A stretch of DNA of 64,000 nt from Rikenellaceae bacterium (GTDB lineage: Bacteria; Bacteroidota; Bacteroidia; Bacteroidales; Rikenellaceae): NCBI GenBank assembly GCA_015059925.1, contig SUZL01000005.1:27891-91890 (forward strand), written 5' to 3'. Every line of letters begins with the position of its first letter. Position 1 is the first letter of the stretch. The notes below the pieces were generated by a model, which saw nothing but the letters and a program-made list of their open reading frames with translations, had not been told where the DNA came from and made no database searches. Positions 52,400-61,036 of the stretch are shown piece after piece. Made by a program: the position numbers and the translations under genes.

Positions 52400-53452
52400 T
52401 TACACATTAGGATCGAGGTGCACCTTGCCCTCGAGATCGCTCTTCAGCGTGCCGAGGAAGTCGGGGTCGGAGCCCTCGAGGAACTCAACCTTCAGTGGCT
52501 GGAAGAACAGTCGCTCGCGCATAACGTCGGGAACACGCTTCGATCGGCGCAGCTTGACAGAGTCCTTCTCGGTTGTAAGAATCATCGCCTTCGGGTGCTT
52601 CTCAAGCAGAGCCACGATACGCTCGATGTCGGCAACGGAATAGACGTGGTGGTCGGGGAAGGTGAGGTTGGCAACGACCTTATAACTCTTCTTAACGCCC
52701 GACACAAAGGCTCGCGGATTGCCGATACCCGACATCACGATAACCTCGGCGCCAGCCTCAAGCACGTTCTGCGTGGGGAAGAGTGCAACGGCGTGGGTGG
52801 GTACGACGCGAGTAAAGTAGATCTTCTGATATGCTATCCTGTGCAGGTTCTTGCGCCAGATGCGCTGGTCGAGCGGCTGCATATCGACAGGACACTTCGT
52901 AACGATGAAGTAGTGGGCACGATCGAGCGACGAGACCTTATCGCGCAGCGTTCCGGCAGGGAGGAAATCGTCCTCATAGTAGGGGCGCGTAGAGTCGATA
53001 ATGACGACATTGATGCGGGCATTGACGTGGCGGTGCTGGAAGCCGTCGTCCATAACGATGAGATTGACCTCGGGATGGTCGCGCATAATGCGGTGGATAG
53101 CATCAGCGCGCTTCTCGCACACGACAACCAAAGCATCAGGGAATTTGAGTTTGATCTGCAACGGCTCATCGCCAACATCGCGGTAGGAAGATGAGGTCTT
53201 GACCTCCAGATAGCCCTTCGTGCGGCGGCCATAGCCACGCGAGAGCAGGGCCACGTTGTAGTGATCCTTCATATAGCCGAGGATCATCTCGGCCGTAGGG
53301 GTTTTGCCCGTGCCGCCGACAGTGATGTTGCCGACGCAGATAATGGGGATCGAGAAGCTCTCGCTCTTAAGAAGACCGCAATTGAACATCCAATGGCGAA
53401 GGGTGATCGCCATTCGATAGGGATAGGATAAAAGTTTCATTAGAAAACCCAT
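52400..53452 (-). CDS. lpxK: Tetraacyldisaccharide 4'-kinase
   Basis: VGGTGKTP, LSRGYGR, GDEP, DDGFQH, TTEKD. Confidence 0.96.
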   Translation of the reverse strand: MGFLMKLLSYPYRMAITLRHWMFNCGLLKSESFSIPIICVGNITVGGTGKTPTAEMILGYMKDHYNVALLSRGYGRRTKGYLEVKTSSSYRDVGDEPLQIKLKFPDALVVVCEKRADAIHRIMRDHPEVNLIVMDDGFQHRHVNARINVVIIDSTRPYYEDDFLPAGTLRDKVSSLDRAHYFIVTKCPVDMQPLDQRIWRKNLHRIAYQKIYFTRVVPTHAVALFPTQNVLEAGAEVIVMSGIGNPRAFVSGVKKSYKVVANLTFPDHHVYSVADIERIVALLEKHPKAMILTTEKDSVKLRRSKRVPDVMRERLFFQPLKVEFLEGSDPDFLGTLKSDLEGKVHLDPNV

Positions 53453-53525
53453 ACTCGTCGTGCAGTCTTAAAAGTTGTCAGCCAAAAAGGCGCAAGTGCT
53501 TACAATCAATATTATACAATGCGCC

Positions 53526-53636
53526 CAAAGATAACAATTTATTCGCAATAAAACAATCAAAAGAACGTTTTTTACCTATATAGCGGTGCTTTTGAGCGCA
53601 AAACGCAAATAAAGTCCGATATTTTTTATATTTTTG
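53526..53636. promoter_or_regulatory. Divergent -7 elements for lpxK and the M23 operon
   Basis: TATCTTTG (-) at 53526-53533; TATTTTTG (+) at 53629-53636. Confidence 0.5.
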
Positions 53637-53643
53637 TGGTATT

Positions 53644-54954
53644 ATGAGATATTATATTTACGCATTACTGATACTTCTTTCGCTTTCGGCAACTGCCTGC
53701 CGAGAAGGCGACTCGACTGAGGCCGCAGCCGTAGAGGCGGAGGAGGAGCAACATACGATGCTATATGGCATTATAGCAGATGATTACACAACCGAGTCGG
53801 GAACAATTGCTCAGGGCGAGACGCTGGGCAAGATACTTGCGCGATATGGCGTGTCGGCAGCGACGGTCGATCGGCTGGACAAGGCGGCAAAAGATGTATT
53901 CCCGCTAAGGCAGATTCGTGCCGGAAGGCCATACACGGCCCTGCTGGCGCAGGATTCGACGGGGCGGAGGCTCGACTACTTCGTATATGAGAAGGATGTG
54001 GTGGAGTATGTGGTCTTCGGATTTCAGAACGACAGCATCACCATCACGCAGGGACAGAAGGATGTAACGATTCGCCGACAGATGCGATCGTCGGTCATAG
54101 AATCGTCGCTTTGGGGTGCGATTATGCGCGACAGCCTACCCTATGCGTTGGCGGCCGAGATGGAGGAGATATATCAGTGGACCGTGGATTTCTTCGGGAT
54201 TCAGAAGGGCGACCGATTTACGGTTATCTACGACGAGAAGATGATCGATACGACGCACGTCGGCATAGGCCAGATATGGGGTGCGAAGTTCATCCACGCC
54301 GACAAGGAGGTGTATGCAATTCCCTTCAAGCAGGGCGACAAGATACAATACTGGGAGGCAAACGGTGCGTCGCTACGCAAGCAGCTGCTCAAGGCTCCGC
54401 TTAAGTTCACGCGCATCAGCTCGCGTTTCTCGCGCTCGCGCCTGCACCCCGTACATCGCGTCTATCGTCCCCACCTCGGAGTCGATTATGCAGCTCCGTC
54501 GGGTACGCCCGTACACGCTGTGGCTGATGGTGTAGTGTCGTTCAAGGGCTGGAGTGGCGGTGGCGGTAATACGCTACGCATCAAGCACGCAGGAAATCTG
54601 GAGACGGGTTATCTGCATCTGCGCGGATTTGCGAAGGGAATCAACAAGGGTACGCGCGTGAAGCAGGGCGATCTAATTGGTTATGTGGGTAGTACGGGAA
54701 CATCGACAGGCCCGCATCTGGACTACCGAATCTGGAAAAATGGTGTGAACATCGACCCGCTGAAGGTGCCGCAGGAGCCTGCCGAACCGATTGCCGAGAA
54801 GAACAAGGCGGCATTCGAGTCGGTGCGCGACCGCATCATAGCGGAGCTGAACGGACAGGCCTCGCCCGAGATGATAATAACAGAGCTCTCGCAGCTGGAA
54901 ATTCGCAGCGACTCGACGGCCGCGGCAGAGCCAAGCGTAGCGGATAAAAAGTAA
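53644..54954 (+). CDS. M23 family metallopeptidase (MepM/Csd-like), probable lipoprotein
   Basis: HLGVDY (HxxxD), YLHL, STGPHLDY (HxH); N-terminal ATAC lipobox-like motif. Confidence 0.92.
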   Translation: MRYYIYALLILLSLSATACREGDSTEAAAVEAEEEQHTMLYGIIADDYTTESGTIAQGETLGKILARYGVSAATVDRLDKAAKDVFPLRQIRAGRPYTALLAQDSTGRRLDYFVYEKDVVEYVVFGFQNDSITITQGQKDVTIRRQMRSSVIESSLWGAIMRDSLPYALAAEMEEIYQWTVDFFGIQKGDRFTVIYDEKMIDTTHVGIGQIWGAKFIHADKEVYAIPFKQGDKIQYWEANGASLRKQLLKAPLKFTRISSRFSRSRLHPVHRVYRPHLGVDYAAPSGTPVHAVADGVVSFKGWSGGGGNTLRIKHAGNLETGYLHLRGFAKGINKGTRVKQGDLIGYVGSTGTSTGPHLDYRIWKNGVNIDPLKVPQEPAEPIAEKNKAAFESVRDRIIAELNGQASPEMIITELSQLEIRSDSTAAAEPSVADKK

Positions 54955-54958
54955 CGAT

Positions 54959-55378
54959 ATGATGGTGGATCAGCGCATCGAGAAGTTCATCTCGAAACAT
55001 CACGTTCTGACGCTCGCAACCTCAACGAAGGCGGGCGAGCCATACTGTTGCAACTGCTTTTTTGCCTTCGACGCCGAGACAGCGGCCTTCATCTTCACAT
55101 CGAGCGAGGGGACTCACCACGCGCAGATGATGATGCAGAACGATCGCGTGGCAGCGAGCGTAGTGCTCGAAACGCGAACCGTAGGCAAGGTGCAAGGATT
55201 ACAGGTTACAGGGCAGGTCAAGCGCGCCATCGAGGGCGACAAGATGCGATATATCAAGGCTTTTCCTTATGCTGCGGTGGCCGATTTGGAGCTGTGGCGG
55301 CTGGAGGCCGATTTTATGAAATTAACGGATAATACTCTCGGATTCGGGAAGAAACTAATATGGCAGAGATCGGAGTAA
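54959..55378 (+). CDS. Pyridoxamine 5'-phosphate oxidase-like (YhbP/UPF0306) protein
   Basis: HHVLTLAT, PYCCNCFF, IQGLQ-like and KLTDNTLGFGKK motifs. Confidence 0.75.
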   Translation: MMVDQRIEKFISKHHVLTLATSTKAGEPYCCNCFFAFDAETAAFIFTSSEGTHHAQMMMQNDRVAASVVLETRTVGKVQGLQVTGQVKRAIEGDKMRYIKAFPYAAVADLELWRLEADFMKLTDNTLGFGKKLIWQRSE

Positions 55379-56040
55379 TAATCGTCGCGGGCGGAGCGGG
55401 CCGTCGTATGGGCGGAGCGTTGCCCAAGCAGTTTATGATGCTCGAGCAGCAGCCCATTCTCGCGCGCTCGATAAACCGCATACACGAGGCACTGCCGAAG
55501 GCGGAGATCGTGGTGGTGCTGCCAGCCGAGCACGTCGAGCTATGGCGCAATATGGCGGCACGATTTGAGGTTGCGGAGCACAAGATTGCAGTCGGAGGCA
55601 AGGAGCGTTTTCACTCGGTAAAGAACGGTTTGGCGGCCCTGAGTGAGGGGGTGCGCACGATTGCCGTACACGATGCGGTGCGTCCGCTGGCCTCGAAGAA
55701 ACTGATCATTCGCCTTGTATTGGCAACCGAGAAGCACGATGCGGTGATACCCGTTGTGGCACCCGCCGATTCGTACCGCTCGGTGGAGGGCGAGGATTCG
55801 AGGATCATTGACCGCACGAGGCTGCGTATGGTGCAGACCCCGCAACTCTTCCGCGCGGAAGCACTGCGCAAGGCCTATGAGCAGGAGTATGCGGAGAGTT
55901 TTACAGACGATGCGTCGGTGGTGGAGGCTGCGGGATACAAGGTTGCGCTCGAGGAGGGCGAACGAGAGAATTTCAAGATAACTACGCCGCTGGATCTCAC
56001 TCTGGCGCGTGCGATAATAACAGCAGAGGGTGAAATATAG
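55360..56040 (+). CDS. ispD: 2-C-methyl-D-erythritol 4-phosphate cytidylyltransferase
   Basis: AGGAGRRM, PKQF, HDAVRP, VQTPQ, FTDDASV, NFKITT. Confidence 0.96.
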   Translation: MAEIGVIIVAGGAGRRMGGALPKQFMMLEQQPILARSINRIHEALPKAEIVVVLPAEHVELWRNMAARFEVAEHKIAVGGKERFHSVKNGLAALSEGVRTIAVHDAVRPLASKKLIIRLVLATEKHDAVIPVVAPADSYRSVEGEDSRIIDRTRLRMVQTPQLFRAEALRKAYEQEYAESFTDDASVVEAAGYKVALEEGERENFKITTPLDLTLARAIITAEGEI

Positions 56041-56548
56041 TTTCAAATACCACTTCGATCGCCGCACGATATGGCTGACGGCGCTCACGCTCACGCTCTT
56101 TGCGGCGTGTGCCGTGCTGCTGTATGCGTTATACAAGGGCGGATTCTTCTCGGCGTGGTTTGTGTCGTTCGTGATGGCGATCTCGGCGCTGATGGTGCTC
56201 TCAATCCCAAGACGTATCGTGCTGATTGACCACAAGTTGGAGATACAATGCGTGTTCGACATCACGGAGATTGACGTGCGCGAGATAGTGCGCATCAGAA
56301 AGGTGAGCAACCGCCGACTGAAGCGCAGCATAATGCTTTTTGGAAGTTCGGGATTCTTCGGTTACTATGGTAAATTTTTCGATCTGAGGACATTCGAGAC
56401 AATCACGCTGTATGCCTCGGAGTGGAATAATTTTGTGGAGATTACGGACATCTACGACAACCGCACATACGTTTCGTGCCGCGAGGCCGACGAGCTGATC
56501 GAGAGCGTGCTGCTGGCCAAGGCCAATGCGCCCGAAGAGGAGGAGTAG
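56030..56548 (+). CDS. Bacterial PH domain-containing membrane protein
   Basis: Two N-terminal TM helices, then FGSSGFFGYYGKF motif. Confidence 0.7.
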   Translation: MKYSFKYHFDRRTIWLTALTLTLFAACAVLLYALYKGGFFSAWFVSFVMAISALMVLSIPRRIVLIDHKLEIQCVFDITEIDVREIVRIRKVSNRRLKRSIMLFGSSGFFGYYGKFFDLRTFETITLYASEWNNFVEITDIYDNRTYVSCREADELIESVLLAKANAPEEEE

Positions 56549-56551
56549 GGA

Positions 56552-57061
56552 ATGGAGATAAGATACACAACCGACCGTTTGTCAGTTCGTTGCGTGGAGT
56601 ATGACTTCGTGCAAACGGCTTTTGGAGAGATGCTGACGGCGTGGTGCTGCGAGCGGGAGAGGGAGTTGTGCTTTGCGACGTTCACGACATATTTGGGGCG
56701 CGAGGCGGCATTTGCGGAGCTAAGGGCGCTGTTTGCGTCGGCCACGATGAAAAAGATAGATTCTAAAGAGGATATAATCACTACCCCACCACAACGAATT
56801 TTGCTCGCGGGAACGCAGTTTCGGCTCGATGTATGGCGGGCACTGCTCTCGATCGAGCGGGGTCGGACCACGACATACGCGGCGTTGGCGGCCATAGCGG
56901 GCCACCCCACAGCCGTCAGGGCCGTAGCTACGAGCGTAGGACGAAATCCGATAAGTGTGATTGTGCCGTGCCACCGAATCGTGCCCGCCGCAGGAGGCAT
57001 AGGCAACTACCATTCGGGAGCGGAGATAAAGCGCCGTCTATTGGAGTGGGAGGCAAGATAG
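56552..57061 (+). CDS. ogt: Methylated-DNA--protein-cysteine methyltransferase
   Basis: FRLDVW, RAVA..VGRNP, active-site PCHR. Confidence 0.92.
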   Translation: MEIRYTTDRLSVRCVEYDFVQTAFGEMLTAWCCERERELCFATFTTYLGREAAFAELRALFASATMKKIDSKEDIITTPPQRILLAGTQFRLDVWRALLSIERGRTTTYAALAAIAGHPTAVRAVATSVGRNPISVIVPCHRIVPAAGGIGNYHSGAEIKRRLLEWEAR

Positions 57062-57062
57062 G

Positions 57063-57845
57063 CTATCCGAGAGCAACATCCAAGAGCATCATCAGAGCAA
57101 AGCCAAAGGCGACACCGATGGTGGCCACGTTGGAGTGGCGGCCGCTTTGCGATTCGGGGATAAGCTCCTCAACCACAACATAAATCATAGCACCAGCAGC
57201 ATAGGCCAGAAGGAATGGAAGGATAGGTTGCAACCAATCGATAAGAAGGATTGTAATTAGGCCCGCCAGAGGCTCCACCACGCCCGAGCCAACACCATAG
57301 GCGAAGGCTTTGCGGCGGCTGCGGAGGCTCTCCTTAAGCGGCATCGAGACGATAGCGCCCTCGGGGAAGTTCTGGATGGCGATACCGATCGAGAGGGCTA
57401 ACGCTGCGGCCATAGTGATGTCGCCCGCACCCGTCATTGCGCCCGCCAAGACAACGCCGACGGCCATACCCTCGGGGATGTTGTGTAGCGTAACGGCCAT
57501 AAAGAGCATCGACGAGCGGCCCATATTAGACCGAAGACCCTCGGGCTCGGCGGAGTCGAGGTGCTGGTGAGGAACGAGCGTATCGAATATAAGCAGCGAG
57601 AACATTCCGCAGAGGAATCCCGCCACAGCAGGCAGCCACTCGATGCCGCCACTCTCGGCAGTCATATCAATAGAGGGGATCAGGAGCGACCACACCGAGG
57701 CGGCCATCATAACGCCCGAAGCAAAGCCCAAAAGCAGTTTCTGCACCCACGAGGGCATCTCGCCGCGAAGCAGAAAGACCATCGCGGCACCGAGCGTTGT
57801 GCCCAAGAAGGGGAGCAGAAGACCGTATGCTACTTCGATATTCAT
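57063..57845 (-). CDS. ZIP family (ZupT/GufA) metal transporter
   Basis: GFASGVM, HQH loop, TLHNIPEG, IQNFPEG, VEELIPE. Confidence 0.92.
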   Translation of the reverse strand: MNIEVAYGLLLPFLGTTLGAAMVFLLRGEMPSWVQKLLLGFASGVMMAASVWSLLIPSIDMTAESGGIEWLPAVAGFLCGMFSLLIFDTLVPHQHLDSAEPEGLRSNMGRSSMLFMAVTLHNIPEGMAVGVVLAGAMTGAGDITMAAALALSIGIAIQNFPEGAIVSMPLKESLRSRRKAFAYGVGSGVVEPLAGLITILLIDWLQPILPFLLAYAAGAMIYVVVEELIPESQSGRHSNVATIGVAFGFALMMLLDVALG

Positions 57846-57848
57846 TAA

Positions 57849-58436
57849 CTATTTAAGTTGTTCGAGGTAATCAATAAATAGACCAAAGTCGGAGTGCGAA
57901 TCGACAAACTCGTCGTACGAGTGTTCGGTATCGCCCTGCTCGGGAACGTCCGAGACCATCTTCACGACCACAACGGGCAGATCGAAGAGCTCGGCAGCCT
58001 GACAAACGGCCGTAGATTCCATATCGAACAGCGCCGACTTTACGCCATAGCGCTCCTTGATCTGCGCGATAATCTCACCATCTACAAACGAATCGCCCGT
58101 CCACACCACAGCATCGTCGTGGCCCAGCAGGGGGTAAGGCTCGGTGAGCTCGGGAACGAAATCGCCCGGGATGCGGCAGTCGTGATAGCGTGCTACGCGC
58201 GGAGCGACGATATCGCCACGCTCGCGGCCGATGGTAGAGGCGGCATAGCCCACGATAGCTACGCGATCGATTTCGCCATCGGCGCGGTTGATGGCCAGCG
58301 CCGTGTTTGCCGCAGCGAGGGCCTTGCCCACGCCCGTACGAACAACAGAGTAGCTATTTTGCAGGGTGCGGCCCTCGAGAGCCTGCGTGATGTTGCTGTA
58401 TTCGCGCTCGGTGGGGGCTACGATAAGGTATTTCAT
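57849..58436 (-). CDS. mtnN: 5'-methylthioadenosine/S-adenosylhomocysteine nucleosidase (Pfs)
   Basis: TGVGKALAA, TGDSF, DMESTAV, KMVSD; adjacent to luxS. Confidence 0.75.
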   Translation of the reverse strand: MKYLIVAPTEREYSNITQALEGRTLQNSYSVVRTGVGKALAAANTALAINRADGEIDRVAIVGYAASTIGRERGDIVAPRVARYHDCRIPGDFVPELTEPYPLLGHDDAVVWTGDSFVDGEIIAQIKERYGVKSALFDMESTAVCQAAELFDLPVVVVKMVSDVPEQGDTEHSYDEFVDSHSDFGLFIDYLEQLK

Positions 58437-58439
58437 AGG

Positions 58440-58964
58440 CTACACGTTATAGATTGATGCGATGCCGGCCTCGGCAGCCTCCTCGGGAGTATAGAGCGCG
58501 CGCATATACTGCGCCATAGCCGAATTGGTTGAGGCGATTGAGTAGAGGCCCGGGTTGCCACACTGCACCTCGGTAAGGCCGACGATGTCCTCCTTCGACT
58601 TAAGGGGGAAGACGTTCTTATAGACCTCGGCAAGTGCGCGACGGATATCCTCGGCCTCGACGTTATTCATCGTAGAGAGGTAAAAACCTGTCTTGCAGCC
58701 CATCGGGCAGAACGAAACGATGCTCTTGCCGATGACGGGATCGAGGCGCAAGTGGTAGGCCATAAGGTGCTCGATGGTGTGTACCTCTCCCGAGCCGAGC
58801 GGCGAGTGATCCATCGGGGCGCGGAAGCGCATATCCCACGAGTGAACGGCAAGCTCGTCGTTGATGGTATAAACTGAACGCAAATAGAGGCCCTCCTTGA
58901 GGGTGAGGTGATCGACATCGAATGACGATACTACTGATTTCTTGGTTTCCATATCTAAAGTCAA
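58440..58964 (-). CDS. luxS: S-ribosylhomocysteine lyase LuxS (divergent)
   Basis: SFDVDH, HTIEH (HxxEH), PMGCKTGFY, CGN. Start may be 58952. Confidence 0.88.
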   Translation of the reverse strand: MTLDMETKKSVVSSFDVDHLTLKEGLYLRSVYTINDELAVHSWDMRFRAPMDHSPLGSGEVHTIEHLMAYHLRLDPVIGKSIVSFCPMGCKTGFYLSTMNNVEAEDIRRALAEVYKNVFPLKSKEDIVGLTEVQCGNPGLYSIASTNSAMAQYMRALYTPEEAAEAGIASIYNV

Positions 58965-59507
58965 TTATTTCTTTTCGGGTGATTTACGGTCGAAGAAGGG
59001 GCTCTTCGACGAGACGCTCATCGGGATGGCGAAGATCAGATCCACGTCGGGCATAATGCCGCAGCGACGCGCTGCCCAACCTGCCGAGAACAAGACACGC
59101 GAATCGAGGCGTACGTCGGCAATCTTCGAGCAGGCCGAGCCGATGGCAATGCCTACATCGACGCCATTCATAACGCAGGGAACGTTCGCGGGTTTGGCCT
59201 CGCACGTTGCAAAGCCGCAGTAGCCGCAATTAAGGGCGCACGCCTGCGAGGGCTCGCGCGTGCCGATGAGAATGAGTGCCTGCGCCTGAAGGATGTTGTC
59301 GGCATCGCGCAGGAGGAACTTCAGGCCCGACTCGGCGCTAATCTGGCGCATTGCATCGCTCAGGCGAACAATGTCATCATCGGTGAGCATCACTATCTCC
59401 ACCAGATCGCGGCCCTTGGCCTTCGGAGCGGTACGGGCGGCCGCCATAACAGCCTCCGCCAACGACTTAACCACTTCGGGGCGGATGTCTCTTTCGTTGT
59501 AAATCAT
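58965..59507 (-). CDS. DUF2148 ferredoxin/nitroreductase-like protein
   Basis: AARTAPKAKG, CALNCGYCGFATC, DVGIAIGSA, SKSPFFDR. Confidence 0.8.
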   Translation of the reverse strand: MIYNERDIRPEVVKSLAEAVMAAARTAPKAKGRDLVEIVMLTDDDIVRLSDAMRQISAESGLKFLLRDADNILQAQALILIGTREPSQACALNCGYCGFATCEAKPANVPCVMNGVDVGIAIGSACSKIADVRLDSRVLFSAGWAARRCGIMPDVDLIFAIPMSVSSKSPFFDRKSPEKK

Positions 59508-59641
59508 AACATAGCAGTTTTATCGGGGATAAAATTACAATTTTTTTGAACTTTTCACAATACCCGTACCCTTTTTTCGTGCGGAGGCGAGGTCGGCTTG
59601 TTTTTTGCTCTGCGTTGCATAAATGTTAAATATATCGCGAT

Positions 59642-60613
59642 ATGGACAAAATTACAATCTATCAATTCACCGATCCCGTCTGCGTATGGTGCTGGGGTAA
59701 TGAGCCCGTGATGAGGGCTATAGACTACCTCTACGGCAACAACGTCGGCATAGAGTTCATAATGGGAGGGCTGGTGGAGGAGATCTCGACACTCTACGAT
59801 CTGCAAGGGCCAAAGAGCGCGGTAATCGAGCGCGCCAATAAGATTATGGCCGAGAATTGGCTCAAAGCTTCCGAGCGGCACGGGATGCCCGTCAGGGTGG
59901 ATCGGATGGCGTTATTCAGTGAGCGCTACCCCTCATCGTTTCCGCAGAACATAGCATACGAAGCGTCACGGCGCATCGATCCCGAGAAGGCGAAGGTGCT
60001 GCTTAGGCGCATACGCGAGGCAACGTTCACCGAGCAGAGGCGCACATCGCAGATGGATGTGCTCATCGAGTTGGCCGTAGAGTGCGGGCTGGATGCGGCG
60101 GAGTTCATCGACGAATACACCGCAGGCGGAGCGCAGAGCGACTTTATGCAGTCGCGGATGCGATGTCGGCGCAACGGGGTTACGGGGTTTCCGTCATATA
60201 TGATTCGCAACGAGAATACGAAAATCACGCTCGGCGGCTACCAGAACCTATCGACCTTCCACACCACCATCGCCCGCCTCTCGCAGGGGCGCATAAAGCC
60301 GCGTCGCGTAGGGCCGTCGTTGGCGTCGATTACGGAGTTTATCAAGCGCTACGGGACGGTCTATCCCGTTGAGATTGAGGTGGCATTTGCGCTGGATCGC
60401 AACAAGACCGATTTGATGATCGCGGAGCTGGTGCGCTCGGGAAAGATTGCTGCAGCGACGATTGGCAACGGTCAGCGACTCTCGTTCGTCGGCAGGCGCG
60501 AGGGCGTGCGGCAGGTGCGCAGGCAACGCTCAGCGCAGCAGGTGGAGGGCAAGCCTCAACCGATGGCGGAGAAGAGCGGACAACGGACCAAGAGGGAGAA
60601 AATCGGAAGTTAG
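59642..60613 (+). CDS. DsbA-like thioredoxin-fold protein with C-terminal winged-helix-like domain (YjbH/SpxH-like)
   Basis: FTDPVCVWCW, GVTGFPS; no signal peptide; extra C-terminal domain. Confidence 0.75.
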   Translation: MDKITIYQFTDPVCVWCWGNEPVMRAIDYLYGNNVGIEFIMGGLVEEISTLYDLQGPKSAVIERANKIMAENWLKASERHGMPVRVDRMALFSERYPSSFPQNIAYEASRRIDPEKAKVLLRRIREATFTEQRRTSQMDVLIELAVECGLDAAEFIDEYTAGGAQSDFMQSRMRCRRNGVTGFPSYMIRNENTKITLGGYQNLSTFHTTIARLSQGRIKPRRVGPSLASITEFIKRYGTVYPVEIEVAFALDRNKTDLMIAELVRSGKIAAATIGNGQRLSFVGRREGVRQVRRQRSAQQVEGKPQPMAEKSGQRTKREKIGS

Positions 60614-60659
60614 GTCGTAGCCTACGGCCTAACAAAAACGCATATCGATGCAAAATTGT

Positions 60660-60689
60660 AAGCCGCCTACGTTATGGGGTGGCTTTTTT
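60660..60689 (+). terminator. Intrinsic terminator after the DsbA-like gene
   Basis: AAGCCGCC..GGTGGCTT stem followed by a T-run. Confidence 0.7.
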
Positions 60690-60831
60690 AGGGTATATAA
60701 TATGGTATGGCTTACACTTTGTTATTCATAAATATGCAGCAACATTCATTACAACAGCGATATAAATCAGCCATTTAGACAGTTCAACAGGAATTACGGA
60801 GTGATTTATATGCAGAAAAGTATGGAATTTT

Positions 60832-60863
60832 CTTGTTTTTAATAATTTTTACTATTATTTTTG
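60832..60863 (+). promoter_or_regulatory. Sigma-A promoter of the ilv leader
   Basis: CTTG-N20-TATTTTTG, 22 bp upstream of the leader ATG. Confidence 0.65.
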
Positions 60864-60885
60864 CAACATAAACGAAAAGAACTTT

Positions 60886-60942
60886 ATGTACGCTGGTTTG
60901 TATATTCTGATTAACCTAATCCTCGTGGTCTTGCGCAGATAA
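60886..60942 (+). CDS. ilv operon leader peptide (18 aa)
   Basis: Hand translation MYAGLYILINLILVVLRR*; 10 of 18 residues are Ile/Leu/Val. Confidence 0.85.
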   Translation: MYAGLYILINLILVVLRR

Positions 60943-61016
60943 CGGGAGAAAGGTTGTATGTATATACTTATACCATTGATATACGAGCCTTTCTCCTATC
61001 GGAGAGAGGCTTTTTT
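60921..61016 (+). promoter_or_regulatory. Transcription attenuator (antiterminator/terminator) of ilvD-ilvB
   Basis: GGAGAAAGG (60945-60953) is complementary to CCTTTCTCC (60988-60996), which is also the 5' arm of the terminator AGCCTTTCTCC-TATC-GGAGAGAGGCT-TTTTT. Confidence 0.85.
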
Positions 61017-61036
61017 AACTACTAAAACAGAGTAGA

